Below, piece by piece: positions 1-8,669 of a stretch of DNA of 64,000 nucleotides; within the stretch, counting starts at the first letter, position 1, and the number at the start of each line of letters is the position of its first letter. The notes beneath the pieces are model-generated. The model was not told where the DNA came from. It worked only from the letters and a program-made list of their open reading frames with translations, and made no database searches. The stretch lies in the NCBI GenBank assembly GCA_965238135.1, contig OZ250177.1, positions 3,408,236-3,472,235 on the forward strand, given 5' to 3'. This stretch comes from Candidatus Multivorans sp. GTDB taxonomy: Bacteria; Acidobacteriota; Thermoanaerobaculia; Multivoradales; Multivoraceae. A program made the position numbers and the translations under genes.

Positions 1-2
1 GC

Positions 3-1241
3 GCCGCCTCCGAGTGGAGCAGCAGCAGCGCCTTCTTCGACGCGGACGGAGACGGCGACCTCGACCTCCTGGTCGGCAACTACGTGCGCTGGTCACGCGA
101 GATCGACATCGAGGTCGGCTACCAGTTGACCGGAGTTGGGCGCGCCTACGGACCGCCCGTGAACTACGGCGGCACCACCCTGGACCTGTACCGGAACGAT
201 GGTTCCGGTGTCTTTGTCGACGTCTCCGAGGAAGCCGGATTGCACATCCTGAACCCGGCCTCGGATGCGCCGGTGGCGAAGACGCTGGGCCTGGCGCCGG
301 TGGATGTCGAGGGCGACGGCGACGTCGACGTGCTGGTCGCGAACGACACGGTGCGTAACTTCCTGCTCGTGAACGACGGCAGCGGCGTCTTCACCGAGCA
401 GGGGGGGAACTACGGCCTCGCCTACAGCCGCGACGGCGCGGCGACCGGCGCGATGGGCGCAGATGCCGCCGATTTCCGCAACGACGGCGAACTCGGCTTC
501 GCGATCGCGAACTTCGCCAACGAGATGACCTCGCTCTACGTCTCCCAGGGCGATCCGACGCTGTTCAGCGACGAGGCGATCACCGCCGGCATCGGCGCGC
601 CGAGCCGCCGCGTGCTCAGCTTCGGGCTGTTCTTCTTCGACTACGACCTGGACGGCCGGTTGGACTTGCTCCAGGTCAACGGGCACCTCGAGGACGACAT
701 CGAGGTGGTGGAACCCAGCCAGCGTTACAGGCAGGCGCCGCAGTTGTTCTGGAACGCCGGCTCAGGAGCGGCGTCGACCTTCGTGCCGGTCGAGCCTCCG
801 CCCGGCGATGGTCTGACCCGCGAACTCGTCGGCCGCGGATCGACCTACGCCGATATCGACGCCGACGGCGACCTCGACGTCCTGCTGCTCCAGACCGGCG
901 ACCGGCCGCTGCTGCTCCGCAACGACCAGGAGACCGGCCACCGCTGGCTCCGCTTCCGCTTGCGCGGCGACGGCGTGCAGGTCAACCGGGATGCGATCGG
1001 TTCCTGGGTCGAGATCGAGCAGAAGACCGCGGCTGGGCCCGTGGTGCAACGCCGCCGCGTCATGCCGACCCGCAGCTACCAGAGCCAGGTCGAACCGGTG
1101 GTGACGATCGGCCTGGGCGACGTGGCGTCGGTCGACGAGCTGGTGCGGATCGAAGTGGTATGGCCCGACGGCACGCGGCAGGCGGTTGAAGTCGACGGCC
1201 TCGACCGGGCCGTCGAGGTCGAGTACGGGTCTCCGAACTAG
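3..1241 (+). CDS. FG-GAP/VCBS-repeat protein with ASPIC/UnbV-like C-terminus (CRTAC1 family), 5' partial
   Basis: The frame is open from the window edge. Repeated FG-GAP Ca-binding-type motifs are present (FFDADGDGDLDLLVGN, VDVEGDGDVDVLVAND, FFDYDLDGRLDLL, YADIDADGDLDVLLL). The C-terminal block GSWVEIE...VVWPDG is typical of ASPIC/UnbV. Confidence 0.8.
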   Translation, partial: AASEWSSSSAFFDADGDGDLDLLVGNYVRWSREIDIEVGYQLTGVGRAYGPPVNYGGTTLDLYRNDGSGVFVDVSEEAGLHILNPASDAPVAKTLGLAPVDVEGDGDVDVLVANDTVRNFLLVNDGSGVFTEQGGNYGLAYSRDGAATGAMGADAADFRNDGELGFAIANFANEMTSLYVSQGDPTLFSDEAITAGIGAPSRRVLSFGLFFFDYDLDGRLDLLQVNGHLEDDIEVVEPSQRYRQAPQLFWNAGSGAASTFVPVEPPPGDGLTRELVGRGSTYADIDADGDLDVLLLQTGDRPLLLRNDQETGHRWLRFRLRGDGVQVNRDAIGSWVEIEQKTAAGPVVQRRRVMPTRSYQSQVEPVVTIGLGDVASVDELVRIEVVWPDGTRQAVEVDGLDRAVEVEYGSPN

Positions 1242-1712
1242 CTGCTAGCCATAGCCAGGGCACCGGGAACCCGGGTCATCGACCTTGCCGGCGCCTACGT
1301 GCTGCCGGGTCTGTGGAACAACCACTCCCATCTCGGCGACCTGCTGCCGGACCCGAAGGGCCTGCTGCCCAACGAACCGCTGCTTCGGGCCTCGATTCGC
1401 GCCGGCCGCAACGCGATGGACGCGCTCAAGGCCGGGATTCTCGAGATCGAGCAGCTCGCCTTCCACGGAATTCCGGCCATGGGCGCCATCCAGGCCGCGA
1501 CCCGAAACAGCGCCGAGATGATGGGAATGCTGGACGATCTGGGCACGGTCGAGGTCGGCAAGCTGGCCGATCTGATCGTGCTCGAGAAGAACCCGCTCGA
1601 GCACATCTCGCACATGCGCAGCCTGTCCATGGTGATCAAGGACGGCAAGATCGTGAATCGCTCGAGAGACGAGGGGCAGGCCAGCTTCTGGGAGCTCTAC
1701 CTGCAGGACTGA
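1242..1712 (+). pseudogene. amidohydrolase-family remnant (N-terminus missing, large internal deletion)
   Basis: The frame continues directly after the TAG of the previous gene. It reads ...TRVIDLAGAYVLPGLWNNHSHLG (N-terminal HxH metal motif). About 75 aa later it reaches the C-terminal GKLADLIVLEKNPL...VIKDGKIV block. Intact family members are about 400 aa. Confidence 0.55.
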
Positions 1713-1907
1713 GGAGCGGCGCGGTGAACCTACCGCCCGGACGACGTGCCCGAGGTGTTCCGGGAGCACTTCGTCAAGTACACGTACTTCGAAGGGCCGA
1801 ACGGCAAGCGGATCCACATCCTGGCTTCGGACGGCTGGACCCGCGACCAGATCAAGCACGGCCGCAACGTGATGCGGTCCGCAGGAGGAGTCGGGTACCG
1901 TTGCGGC

Positions 1908-2507
1908 ATGCAGGAAGCCAGCGAACGCCTTGCGCAGCAGATTCGGTTTCTGGTCGAAGCCGACCGCCTCAAGCAGGTGCTGCGGCGCACCTCCATCGTT
2001 GGAAACGACCGCCGGGAGAACTCCGCGGAGCACTCGTGGCAGTTGGCCTTGATGGCCCTGGTGCTGGCGGAACACGCGGCGGCTCCGGGGCTCGATCAGC
2101 TCAAGGTGCTCAAGATGCTGGTCGTGCACGATCTGGTGGAGATCGATGCCGGCGATACGTTCGTCTACGACAAGGCGGGTGTAGAGGACCAGGAGGAGCG
2201 CGAGGAGCGTGCTGCCGACCGCATCTTCGGGCTGTTGCCGGACGAGACGGGGGCCGAGTTGCGCGCCCTCTGGGACGAGTTCGAGGCGCGGCAGAGTCCG
2301 GAAGCGAAGTTCGCCAAGGCGATGGACCGCCTGCAGCCGATGCTGCTCAACTACGTGAACGGCGGCGGTGTCTGGCGGAAGCACGGCGTGCGGGCGGACC
2401 AGGTACGGGAGATCAACTGCTGTATCGAAGATGGCGCGCCCGAGCTGTGGCGTTACGCCGAGGAACTGATCGAAGACGCGGTACGGCGCGAGTACCTGGC
2501 CCCTTGA
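1908..2507 (+). CDS. HD-domain phosphohydrolase, YfbR-like 5'-deoxynucleotidase
   Basis: RRENSAEHSWQLA...LVVHDLVEIDAGD is the H...HD...D signature. The ATG at 1908 gives about 199 aa. The longer ORF starting at 1746 adds an unrelated 54-aa segment. Confidence 0.75.
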   Translation: MQEASERLAQQIRFLVEADRLKQVLRRTSIVGNDRRENSAEHSWQLALMALVLAEHAAAPGLDQLKVLKMLVVHDLVEIDAGDTFVYDKAGVEDQEEREERAADRIFGLLPDETGAELRALWDEFEARQSPEAKFAKAMDRLQPMLLNYVNGGGVWRKHGVRADQVREINCCIEDGAPELWRYAEELIEDAVRREYLAP

Positions 2508-2591
2508 GGCCGCCGCGAGCCGGCCGCCACGGCCTGACCGGGCGCGGATGACGCAACAAGAGCAGCTATGACGCCGCAAGGAGGACGAACC

Positions 2592-3458
2592 ATGAAGCCT
2601 CGAAACTGCCAACGTCTCGCCTCGGTGCTGTTGGTCTGCGTGATCGTTGTTGCCTGCGGCGCGGCGCCGGACGAAGGCGCTGGCACCGCCGATGCGACCG
2701 AGCCGGCGACAAGCGAACTCGCCTGGGTCAAGAAGGTGATGGTCCACGGCGTTCCGATCCTGGCCACGAACACAACCGGCGACGACAAGCTCCTGCACGC
2801 GGCCGGCGTCCTGGCGCAGTACCTCGACAACGACGAGGACGGCGAGGTCGACAATCCGAAGATCCACCAGGCCATCCTGGACACAGGGGGCACGATCGTG
2901 ATGACCGGCACGCAGGACGAGGCGCATGAAATGGACTGGGCCAACGCCCCCCGGGGTCAGGGTCTGTACGACGAGGAGACCCAGATCGACGCCCGGGAGC
3001 GCGGTGTCTTTGACGCGGCACTCGAGGAGATCTTCCACATGGTGACGGACAACGGTCTCGCCGTGGCGTACCCGGAGACCTTCGGCCTGGAACCGGGCTC
3101 GGAACTGACCGACGCGATGGACAAGGCGCGCGGCGGCCGTTTCGACGGGCCGCCGGACGAGTACCCGGAAGGCGCCTGGTACACCTACGACGATGAGACC
3201 TGCGACTACGGCTGCATGGCCGCGGAGTACATCTACTGGGTGTACACGTCCTTCATCGGCGCTCAGGACTTCCCAGGGCGGCTCGACGAGATCGGCCACG
3301 AGTGGCCGCTGAACACGCGCGGGAAGGTGCAGGTGGGGGAGCCGGTCCTGTTCGAGGTTCTGAGCCGCCCCGAGTACAACCTGGCGACCGTGATTCCCGA
3401 CGGCAACTACGAGGGCGCTCCGCTGGTGATCGAGCCCTATGAGTTCCCCGGTGCGTAG
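2592..3458 (+). CDS. secreted lipoprotein, function unknown
   Basis: AGGAGG lies 7 nt upstream of the ATG at 2592. MKPRNCQRLASVLLVCVIVVAC is a signal peptide with a lipobox Cys. I recognise no family. Confidence 0.6.
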   Translation: MKPRNCQRLASVLLVCVIVVACGAAPDEGAGTADATEPATSELAWVKKVMVHGVPILATNTTGDDKLLHAAGVLAQYLDNDEDGEVDNPKIHQAILDTGGTIVMTGTQDEAHEMDWANAPRGQGLYDEETQIDARERGVFDAALEEIFHMVTDNGLAVAYPETFGLEPGSELTDAMDKARGGRFDGPPDEYPEGAWYTYDDETCDYGCMAAEYIYWVYTSFIGAQDFPGRLDEIGHEWPLNTRGKVQVGEPVLFEVLSRPEYNLATVIPDGNYEGAPLVIEPYEFPGA

Positions 3459-3522
3459 GAAGCTGCGCCGGCGAACGATGGATCGTTCCGGACCTGGGCC
3501 GCAGAAGCCTGACGGCTTCCGC

Positions 3523-3556
3523 CCTGGGAACGCGGGCGTCTCGCCCGCACCCGGCG
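3523..3556 (+). repeat. REP-like hairpin repeat, copy 1
   Basis: Sequence cctgggaacGCGGGCGtctCGCCCGCacccggcg, a 7-bp stem with a 3-nt loop. It matches the copies at 22001 and 22341 at 32-33 of 34 positions. Confidence 0.75.
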
Positions 3557-3582
3557 CGGAGCGCCGGTCTGGTGGGCGCTAC

Positions 3583-4787
3583 GTGGGAAAGCGCGTCGCG
3601 GGCGTACCCGGTGGATGCGTCCTCGCGCTGCTCGCCACGCTGCTTCCCGCCCCCTTGACGGCTCAGGACCAGGAGGACGGCGGCCTCCGCGCCCGGTACG
3701 AAGCCGAGAACCACCAGATCCGCGGCGACAAGTTCGACGTCGCCTCCCTCAGATCATGAGGGAACGCGGCCAGGAGCCGGTCGGCGGCCCGACGACCGAG
3801 TACGACTACCGCTTTGTGGGGTTCAAGGAGTTCATCGCCGCGCGGGATCCGGAGGTCATCGCGCTCAACTTCAAGCACGACCTCGGCCCCTGGGTGACCT
3901 ACCGGGGCGAGATCGACGGCCTGTCGCACACCGACTACGTGCTCCTGTCCGAGGAACTCGGCGCGGAGTACGCGAGCGGGCTGATCTCATCCGAGTGGCT
4001 GACGATGGACTACATCAATCGCCACGTGCCGAGCGAGGTGGAGCTGCTGAAGCGGATGCGGCGCGACGAACTGGGGCGGTTTGACCGGGCGGTGGCCGCC
4101 ATCGAGCCGGGCTCAACCAGGACCGACGACACCGAACTGACCATCATGCGCCGCATGCAGACCGGCCAGTCCCAGGGGGGGCGGAGCGACGGCTGAGAGA
4201 ACGCCGTGGTCCAAGGCGGCGACATCGTCACGAACCCGAGCCTGGGCGTGTACGCCTACGTGCTACGCGAGGGCGAGACGGGACCGCCGCCGGAGATCCA
4301 GAAGCTCTGGGCCGAGTACCTGCGCGTCGACGCGATCCTGGCAGAGACGATTCGGGCCGGCCTGACGCCGCACGAGATCATTCGGGACTACACCCGCAAG
4401 TTCGAGGAGGCCGGGATCGTCGTCCGCGACAACCAGCTCCACATGGTGACCCCGAAGAACGACTTCCCGGCCTATGCGACCGGCTTCGACGCCGCGAAGA
4501 CCCACATCTCGATCGACTCCCACGGGCAGATGAAGGGCGCCCGCCCCGAGTCGGTCGAGACCTACTTCGGCCCCCGGATCGGCTCCCTGGGCCCGGATTG
4601 GTCGAAGGAGATCCCGCTCGCGCCGTACCACCACTTCGTCATCGAGTACTTCTTCTACATGCCTTCGCCGGCTCCCGAGGGGCAGGACCAGTACCTCCTG
4701 TGGTGGGACCACGAGGAAGCGTTGGCGACGGAGGACGGCATCGAGTTTCTGTCGCCGCCGCAGACGGAACTCATCCTGGTCCGCTGA
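3583..4787 (+). pseudogene. M24-family (Xaa-Pro aminopeptidase-like) peptidase, secreted, disrupted
   Basis: A signal peptide frame (VGKRVAGVPGGCVLALLATLLPAPLTAQ) ends at 3759. The homologous sequence continues in another frame from about 3742 (FDV/LPQIMRERG). An in-frame TGA lies at 4194-4196. The downstream part carries AYVLREGE and QTELILV blocks, but the metal-binding Asp pair looks lost. Confidence 0.5.
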
Positions 4788-6266
4788 TCACACCAGCAGC
4801 TTCTCCAGCCGCGCCACCACGTCCGACTTGGCGCCGGCGATGTTCTCGTCCTCGAGCGGGTCCGCCTCCAGGTCGTACAGCTCCTTCTCCTCCTGGAAGC
4901 CCTCGACCAGCTTGTAGCGGTGGTCCTGGACCACCCGGAACCGGCCACTCGCGGCATTCCCCGACTTGAGCGCGGAGCGGACGTACTCCCGGTGCTCGCC
5001 CTGGCCGGAGTCGAGCAGCGGGCGCAGTGACCGGCTCTGCATCTCCTCGGGAACCCCGGCCTCGCCATAGTCCAGGCTGGTCGCGGCCAGGTCCATCAGC
5101 GAGACGAGCGCGTCGCTGCGGACGCCGCCGGCGATACCCGGCCCGGCCATGACCATGGGGACCTTCCATGAGGCCTCATGGGGCAGGCCCTTGCCCCAGT
5201 AGTCGTGGTCGCCGAGCATCTCGCCGTGGTCGCTGGTGTAGATGACGATCGTGTCCTCCAGTTCGCCACGCTCGGTCAGCCGCTCCTGGTAGAGCCCGAT
5301 CCAGCGGTCGATGTTCTCGATCATCGCGGCGTAGTTCTGGCGGATACGGACGTGGTGTTCCGGCGTGAACGGGGACGACGGCGCCAGCAACTGTCCACCG
5401 CGCGCGATGCCGTGGTAGTTGTGCGGCTGGGGGAAGTCCTCGATCACCCGGTCCGGCCCTCGGTACTCCCGTTCCATGCGCTCGGTGATGTCCATGGGCG
5501 GATGCGGCCCGTTGAAGTTCACATGCAGGAACCAGGGGCTTCCGTCGGGGACGCCGTCGAGCAGCTCCATGCCGGTGCGCGCCGTGTAGTTGTCCTTGTA
5601 GGCATGGTCGCCGATCGGGGTCGGGTCCGTCATCCCCCACCAGTTGACGTGCCGGGGAAGGCGCCGCTCGCTGATGTCCGCGTTGTGGATGTCCTTCAGC
5701 GGCGGGTCGAGCGAGTCGAGCCAGAACCCGTAGGGTTCGGTGTCTCCGCCGCCCTTGCTGCCGGTGATCAGCATGTCGGAGAAGCCCCACTCCTCCATGT
5801 ACAGCTTCCCGTCCGGGCGCCGCCCGTCGGGACCCTTGTGGAGGTCGATCTTGCCGCAGCCCATCGTGTGGTAGCCGCTGTCGTGTAGGTGCTTGAAGAA
5901 GGTCGGCCGCAGCGCGGCGTCGTACATGTCGCGGTTCCGTGCGACGCTGCAGTTCTCGTACTCCATGCCGGAGGCCAGGCACGACCGCGAGGGTCCGCAC
6001 ACCGGCGACGGGACGATCGCCCGCGTGAAGTCGACCCCGCGGGCCGCCAGCGCGTCGAAGTGCGGGGTGGGCACCGGGATGTCGGGGTTCCGCCCCACCC
6101 AGTCGAAGCGGTGTTGGTCGGAGATGAGCAGCAGGATGTTGGGACGCTTGATGGCCCGGGGGCCGGGCGTTTGCGCGTCGCCGCAACCGGTGAGAGCGGC
6201 CGCGGTTGCCGCGGCGCCGGCGGTCAGAACATCGCGGCGGGAGAGAAGGTGGTTGCGACGGTTCAT
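4788..6266 (-). CDS. Cys-type sulfatase with Tat signal
   Basis: SRRDVLTAGAAATAAALTGCG is a twin-arginine leader. CGPSRSCLASG is the C-x-P-S-R formylglycine motif. The gene is sulfatase-length at 492 aa. Confidence 0.9.
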   Translation of the reverse strand: MNRRNHLLSRRDVLTAGAAATAAALTGCGDAQTPGPRAIKRPNILLLISDQHRFDWVGRNPDIPVPTPHFDALAARGVDFTRAIVPSPVCGPSRSCLASGMEYENCSVARNRDMYDAALRPTFFKHLHDSGYHTMGCGKIDLHKGPDGRRPDGKLYMEEWGFSDMLITGSKGGGDTEPYGFWLDSLDPPLKDIHNADISERRLPRHVNWWGMTDPTPIGDHAYKDNYTARTGMELLDGVPDGSPWFLHVNFNGPHPPMDITERMEREYRGPDRVIEDFPQPHNYHGIARGGQLLAPSSPFTPEHHVRIRQNYAAMIENIDRWIGLYQERLTERGELEDTIVIYTSDHGEMLGDHDYWGKGLPHEASWKVPMVMAGPGIAGGVRSDALVSLMDLAATSLDYGEAGVPEEMQSRSLRPLLDSGQGEHREYVRSALKSGNAASGRFRVVQDHRYKLVEGFQEEKELYDLEADPLEDENIAGAKSDVVARLEKLLV

Positions 6267-6303
6267 GCCGACTCCTTGCGTGGCAGCTAGGGCCTGTCTA
6301 TTC

Positions 6304-6322
6304 TTGTTGGAAGTTCCTACAA
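6304..6322. promoter_or_regulatory. imperfect palindrome in the divergent sulfatase intergenic region (candidate operator)
   Basis: TTGTTGGAA-G-TTCCTACAA has 8 of 9 arm positions complementary. It lies in the AT-richer 116-bp region between the two divergent sulfatase starts. Confidence 0.3.
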
Positions 6323-6382
6323 CGTTAGCAGACGGTAGTTGTGTCTCGTTGAGATCCGACGCCGGCTCTGGAGGTAAGCTGC

Positions 6383-7855
6383 ATGAGCGACAAGAGCACC
6401 CGGCGCGAGTTCCTGCGCCAGTCGTCGACCCTGGTCGCCGGCAGCAGTCTGGCGGGGTTCGCCGCCTGTGCCGATCCGAACTCCCAGATACCGGCCGACG
6501 CCGCGGGACGCCGGCCCAACTTCCTGTTCTTCTTTCCCGATCAGCACCGGTACGACTGGATCGGTCTCGACAACTACGCAGTACCGCTGTCGACGCCGAA
6601 CATGGAGCGTCTCGCGCGGACCGGAGTGAACTTCACCTCCGCGGTGTGCGCGGCGCCGACCTGCGCTCCCTCGCGATCCTGCCTGGCCAGTGGCATGGAA
6701 TACGACCGCTGCGGCGTGCCGGACAACCAGTACGACTATCCGGTCGATCGGGCGACCTACCACGGTCTGCTCCGCGATGCCGGCTACCACACGATGGCCT
6801 GCGGCAAGCTCGATCTGTCCAAGGGGAGCAGCGACTGGGGGCTCGACGGAACGAACCGCGGGGACGCCTGGGGTTTCTCGGCGATGATCAACAACGCCGG
6901 CAAGGGCGCGGGCATGTCCTACCTGCGGGAACCGGTCGGTCCAAGCGACCCGTACTACGCCTACCTGGATTCTCTGGAACCGCCCCAGGGGCGGATCTGC
7001 GCGGAGGACATGGCCCGGCGCAACGCCACCAGGCCGGAGGGTTGGTGGGGAGACACAAGCCCGTCGCCCCTGGGCCCGGAGGCCTACTGCGACAACTGGA
7101 TTGCCCGCAACGGCCTCGACCTTCTGGAGCAGGCGCCGGCGGACAAACCCTGGCACCTGGTGGTGAACTTCGTCGGTCCACACCCGCCGATGGACATCAC
7201 CCGGGAGATGGAGCGCAAGGTGCGCGGTCCCGAGCGTGTCCTCGACGGCCTGGGCCTGCCGCACGACTACACCGGATCCTTCACAGCCGAGCAGCACCTG
7301 GGCTCGCGCCAGAACTACGCCGCGATGATCGAGAACGTCGACATGTGGCTTGGCCTGTACGTCGACATGCTGGAGGAGAAGGGGCAGCTCGACAACACCA
7401 TCATCGTCTACTCCTCCGATCACGGCGAGATGCTCGGCGAGCACGGGCGCTGGGGCAAGGCGGTGCCGTACCGGGCATCTGTCGGCGTGCCGCTGCTCCT
7501 GGCGGGACCCGGAGTCCGGCAAGGCTTCCAGACTGGCACGCCGGTCTCGATCATGGACCTCGCGGCGACCTTCCTCGACTACGGCGGCATAGACGTCCCG
7601 GCGGAGATGGATAGCCGCTCGCTCCGGCCGTTGCTCGAAGGCTCGACCGACAGCCACCGCGAGGTCGTGCTTTCCGGCCTGCGGGACTTCAGGATGGCGT
7701 GGGACGGCCGCTACAAGCTGGTCCGTGACTACGGCGACGAAGAGTGGCGGCTGTGGGACCTTCTGGCCGACCCGGAGGAGTCGCGGAACCTGGCTTCATG
7801 GCAGCCGGACCAGGTGCGGCGGCTGCGGGAGTGGCTGCCGGAACGGCGGGCCTGA
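6383..7855 (+). CDS. Cys-type sulfatase with Tat signal (paralogue of 4788-6266)
   Basis: TRREFLRQSSTLVAGSSLAGFAACA is the leader and CAPSRSCLASGMEYDRC the active-site motif. The protein is collinear with the divergent neighbour. Confidence 0.9.
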   Translation: MSDKSTRREFLRQSSTLVAGSSLAGFAACADPNSQIPADAAGRRPNFLFFFPDQHRYDWIGLDNYAVPLSTPNMERLARTGVNFTSAVCAAPTCAPSRSCLASGMEYDRCGVPDNQYDYPVDRATYHGLLRDAGYHTMACGKLDLSKGSSDWGLDGTNRGDAWGFSAMINNAGKGAGMSYLREPVGPSDPYYAYLDSLEPPQGRICAEDMARRNATRPEGWWGDTSPSPLGPEAYCDNWIARNGLDLLEQAPADKPWHLVVNFVGPHPPMDITREMERKVRGPERVLDGLGLPHDYTGSFTAEQHLGSRQNYAAMIENVDMWLGLYVDMLEEKGQLDNTIIVYSSDHGEMLGEHGRWGKAVPYRASVGVPLLLAGPGVRQGFQTGTPVSIMDLAATFLDYGGIDVPAEMDSRSLRPLLEGSTDSHREVVLSGLRDFRMAWDGRYKLVRDYGDEEWRLWDLLADPEESRNLASWQPDQVRRLREWLPERRA

Positions 7856-7892
7856 GGGTCCGAGGGCATCTTGCCCACATTCGGCGCAACGA

Positions 7893-8267
7893 CTACACCA
7901 GCTCGATTCCGGGCACGTCCTTGAAGTCGTCCTCGTTCAGGGTCCAGATCGCCGCGTCGTGGACGATCGCGCAGGCGGCGATGGCGATATCGGCCTCGCG
8001 GCCGCGGGGATTCGCCACCGCGTCGTAGATCACAGCTGCCCGGGCGGCGGTCTCCGCATCGAACGGAACCGCCGCGGCGGAGGGAAACAGCTCCTCCTGG
8101 GCCTGCAGTTCCACCATCCTCCGCGGCCCCCGCAGCCACTCGTAGAGGACGACGGTCGAGAGCGCCAGCCGGTGCCCTTCGTCAACGAGTTCGAAGAGAC
8201 GGTGGATCGAATCGTGCGGTCCCGTCAGGGCGCCGACAAGGGCCGACGTGTCGACATGGACGATCAT
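7893..8267 (-). CDS. vapC: PIN-domain toxin (VapC-like)
   Basis: MIVHVDTSALV is a PIN N-terminus with the conserved Asp. The start overlaps the antitoxin stop in an ATGA at 8264-8267. Confidence 0.8.
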   Translation of the reverse strand: MIVHVDTSALVGALTGPHDSIHRLFELVDEGHRLALSTVVLYEWLRGPRRMVELQAQEELFPSAAAVPFDAETAARAAVIYDAVANPRGREADIAIAACAIVHDAAIWTLNEDDFKDVPGIELV

Positions 8268-8545
8268 GGGCGCGGCGGCCTTCGCCACCCGGTTCGCCGC
8301 GAAGCCCGGATCTCACGTAGCTCGGCGTTCGTTTCCTCTCGTGACCGGGCAGGTGGGGCTTCGCGGATGCGGTCGATGACCTTGAGCATGCGCAGGCGTT
8401 CGACCTCACTCAGCCGATCGGCCCGGGCGGAAAAGTCGGCGACCGCTTCGCGGACGATCTGACTTTGGGGCTTGCCAAGGCGCTCCGCGGTCCTGCGGAT
8501 GCGATGGACTGTCGCTTCATCGAGTGAGTACGTAACCTTGACCAT
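8264..8545 (-). CDS. vapB: ribbon-helix-helix antitoxin (VapB/CopG-like)
   Basis: MVKVTYSLDEATVHRIRRTAERLGKPQSQIVREAV is an RHH pattern. The gene lies immediately upstream of the PIN gene and is coupled to it. Confidence 0.7.
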   Translation of the reverse strand: MVKVTYSLDEATVHRIRRTAERLGKPQSQIVREAVADFSARADRLSEVERLRMLKVIDRIREAPPARSREETNAELREIRASRRTGWRRPPRP

Positions 8546-8669
8546 AACGCGGCAATACTGCCATAACTGGTCGGCATCGCCCCGGTGGGATGGCCAGAGA
8601 AGAGAGCCAGTGCCGGCGCTTTGCACCGGATGCGGGCGCGGATCGCGCCACCCGGGTTCCCAGGAGCTC

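Noticed and set aside
1746-1907. The 54-aa segment (MPEVFREHFVKYTYFEGPNGKRIHILASDGWTRDQIKHGRNVM...) fused upstream of the HD-domain gene. It is possibly a relic paralogous to the N-terminal region of the lipoprotein at 2592-3458.
   Set aside because: The similarity to WVKKVMVHGVPILATNTTGDDKLLHAAGVL is only a loose pattern match by eye. It could equally be a genuine N-terminal extension or noise. It needs a profile search before any claim.
1245-3299. Very long antisense or alternative-frame ORFs. Examples: 1245-3299 (minus), 24718-26616 (minus), 36852-38978 (minus), 38812-40464 (minus), 31036-32937 (minus), and the 5' extensions of 22856-24853, 42165-44432, 44844-46610, 45494-48031 and 51660-54536.
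   Set aside because: They overlap genes with clear family motifs on the other strand or frame. Their translations are Arg/Pro/Gly/Ala-rich low-complexity strings. This is typical of stop-codon-poor shadow frames in GC-rich DNA.
3439-3759. A stand-alone small exported protein translationally coupled (ATGA at 3756-3759) to the following ORF.
   Set aside because: The ORF's N-terminal part is occupied by the REP-like repeat. Only about 58 codons remain after the plausible GTG at 3583. The sequences either side of the frame change read as one contiguous M24-type N-terminus if one base is restored. This is kept as an alternative in the finding.
4194-4196. In-frame TGA in the M24 peptidase as a possible selenocysteine or read-through codon.
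   Set aside because: I know of no Sec-containing M24 peptidase. I saw no obvious stem-loop immediately downstream. The same gene also has a frame break and a degenerate active site. A pseudogene or a sequencing error is more parsimonious.
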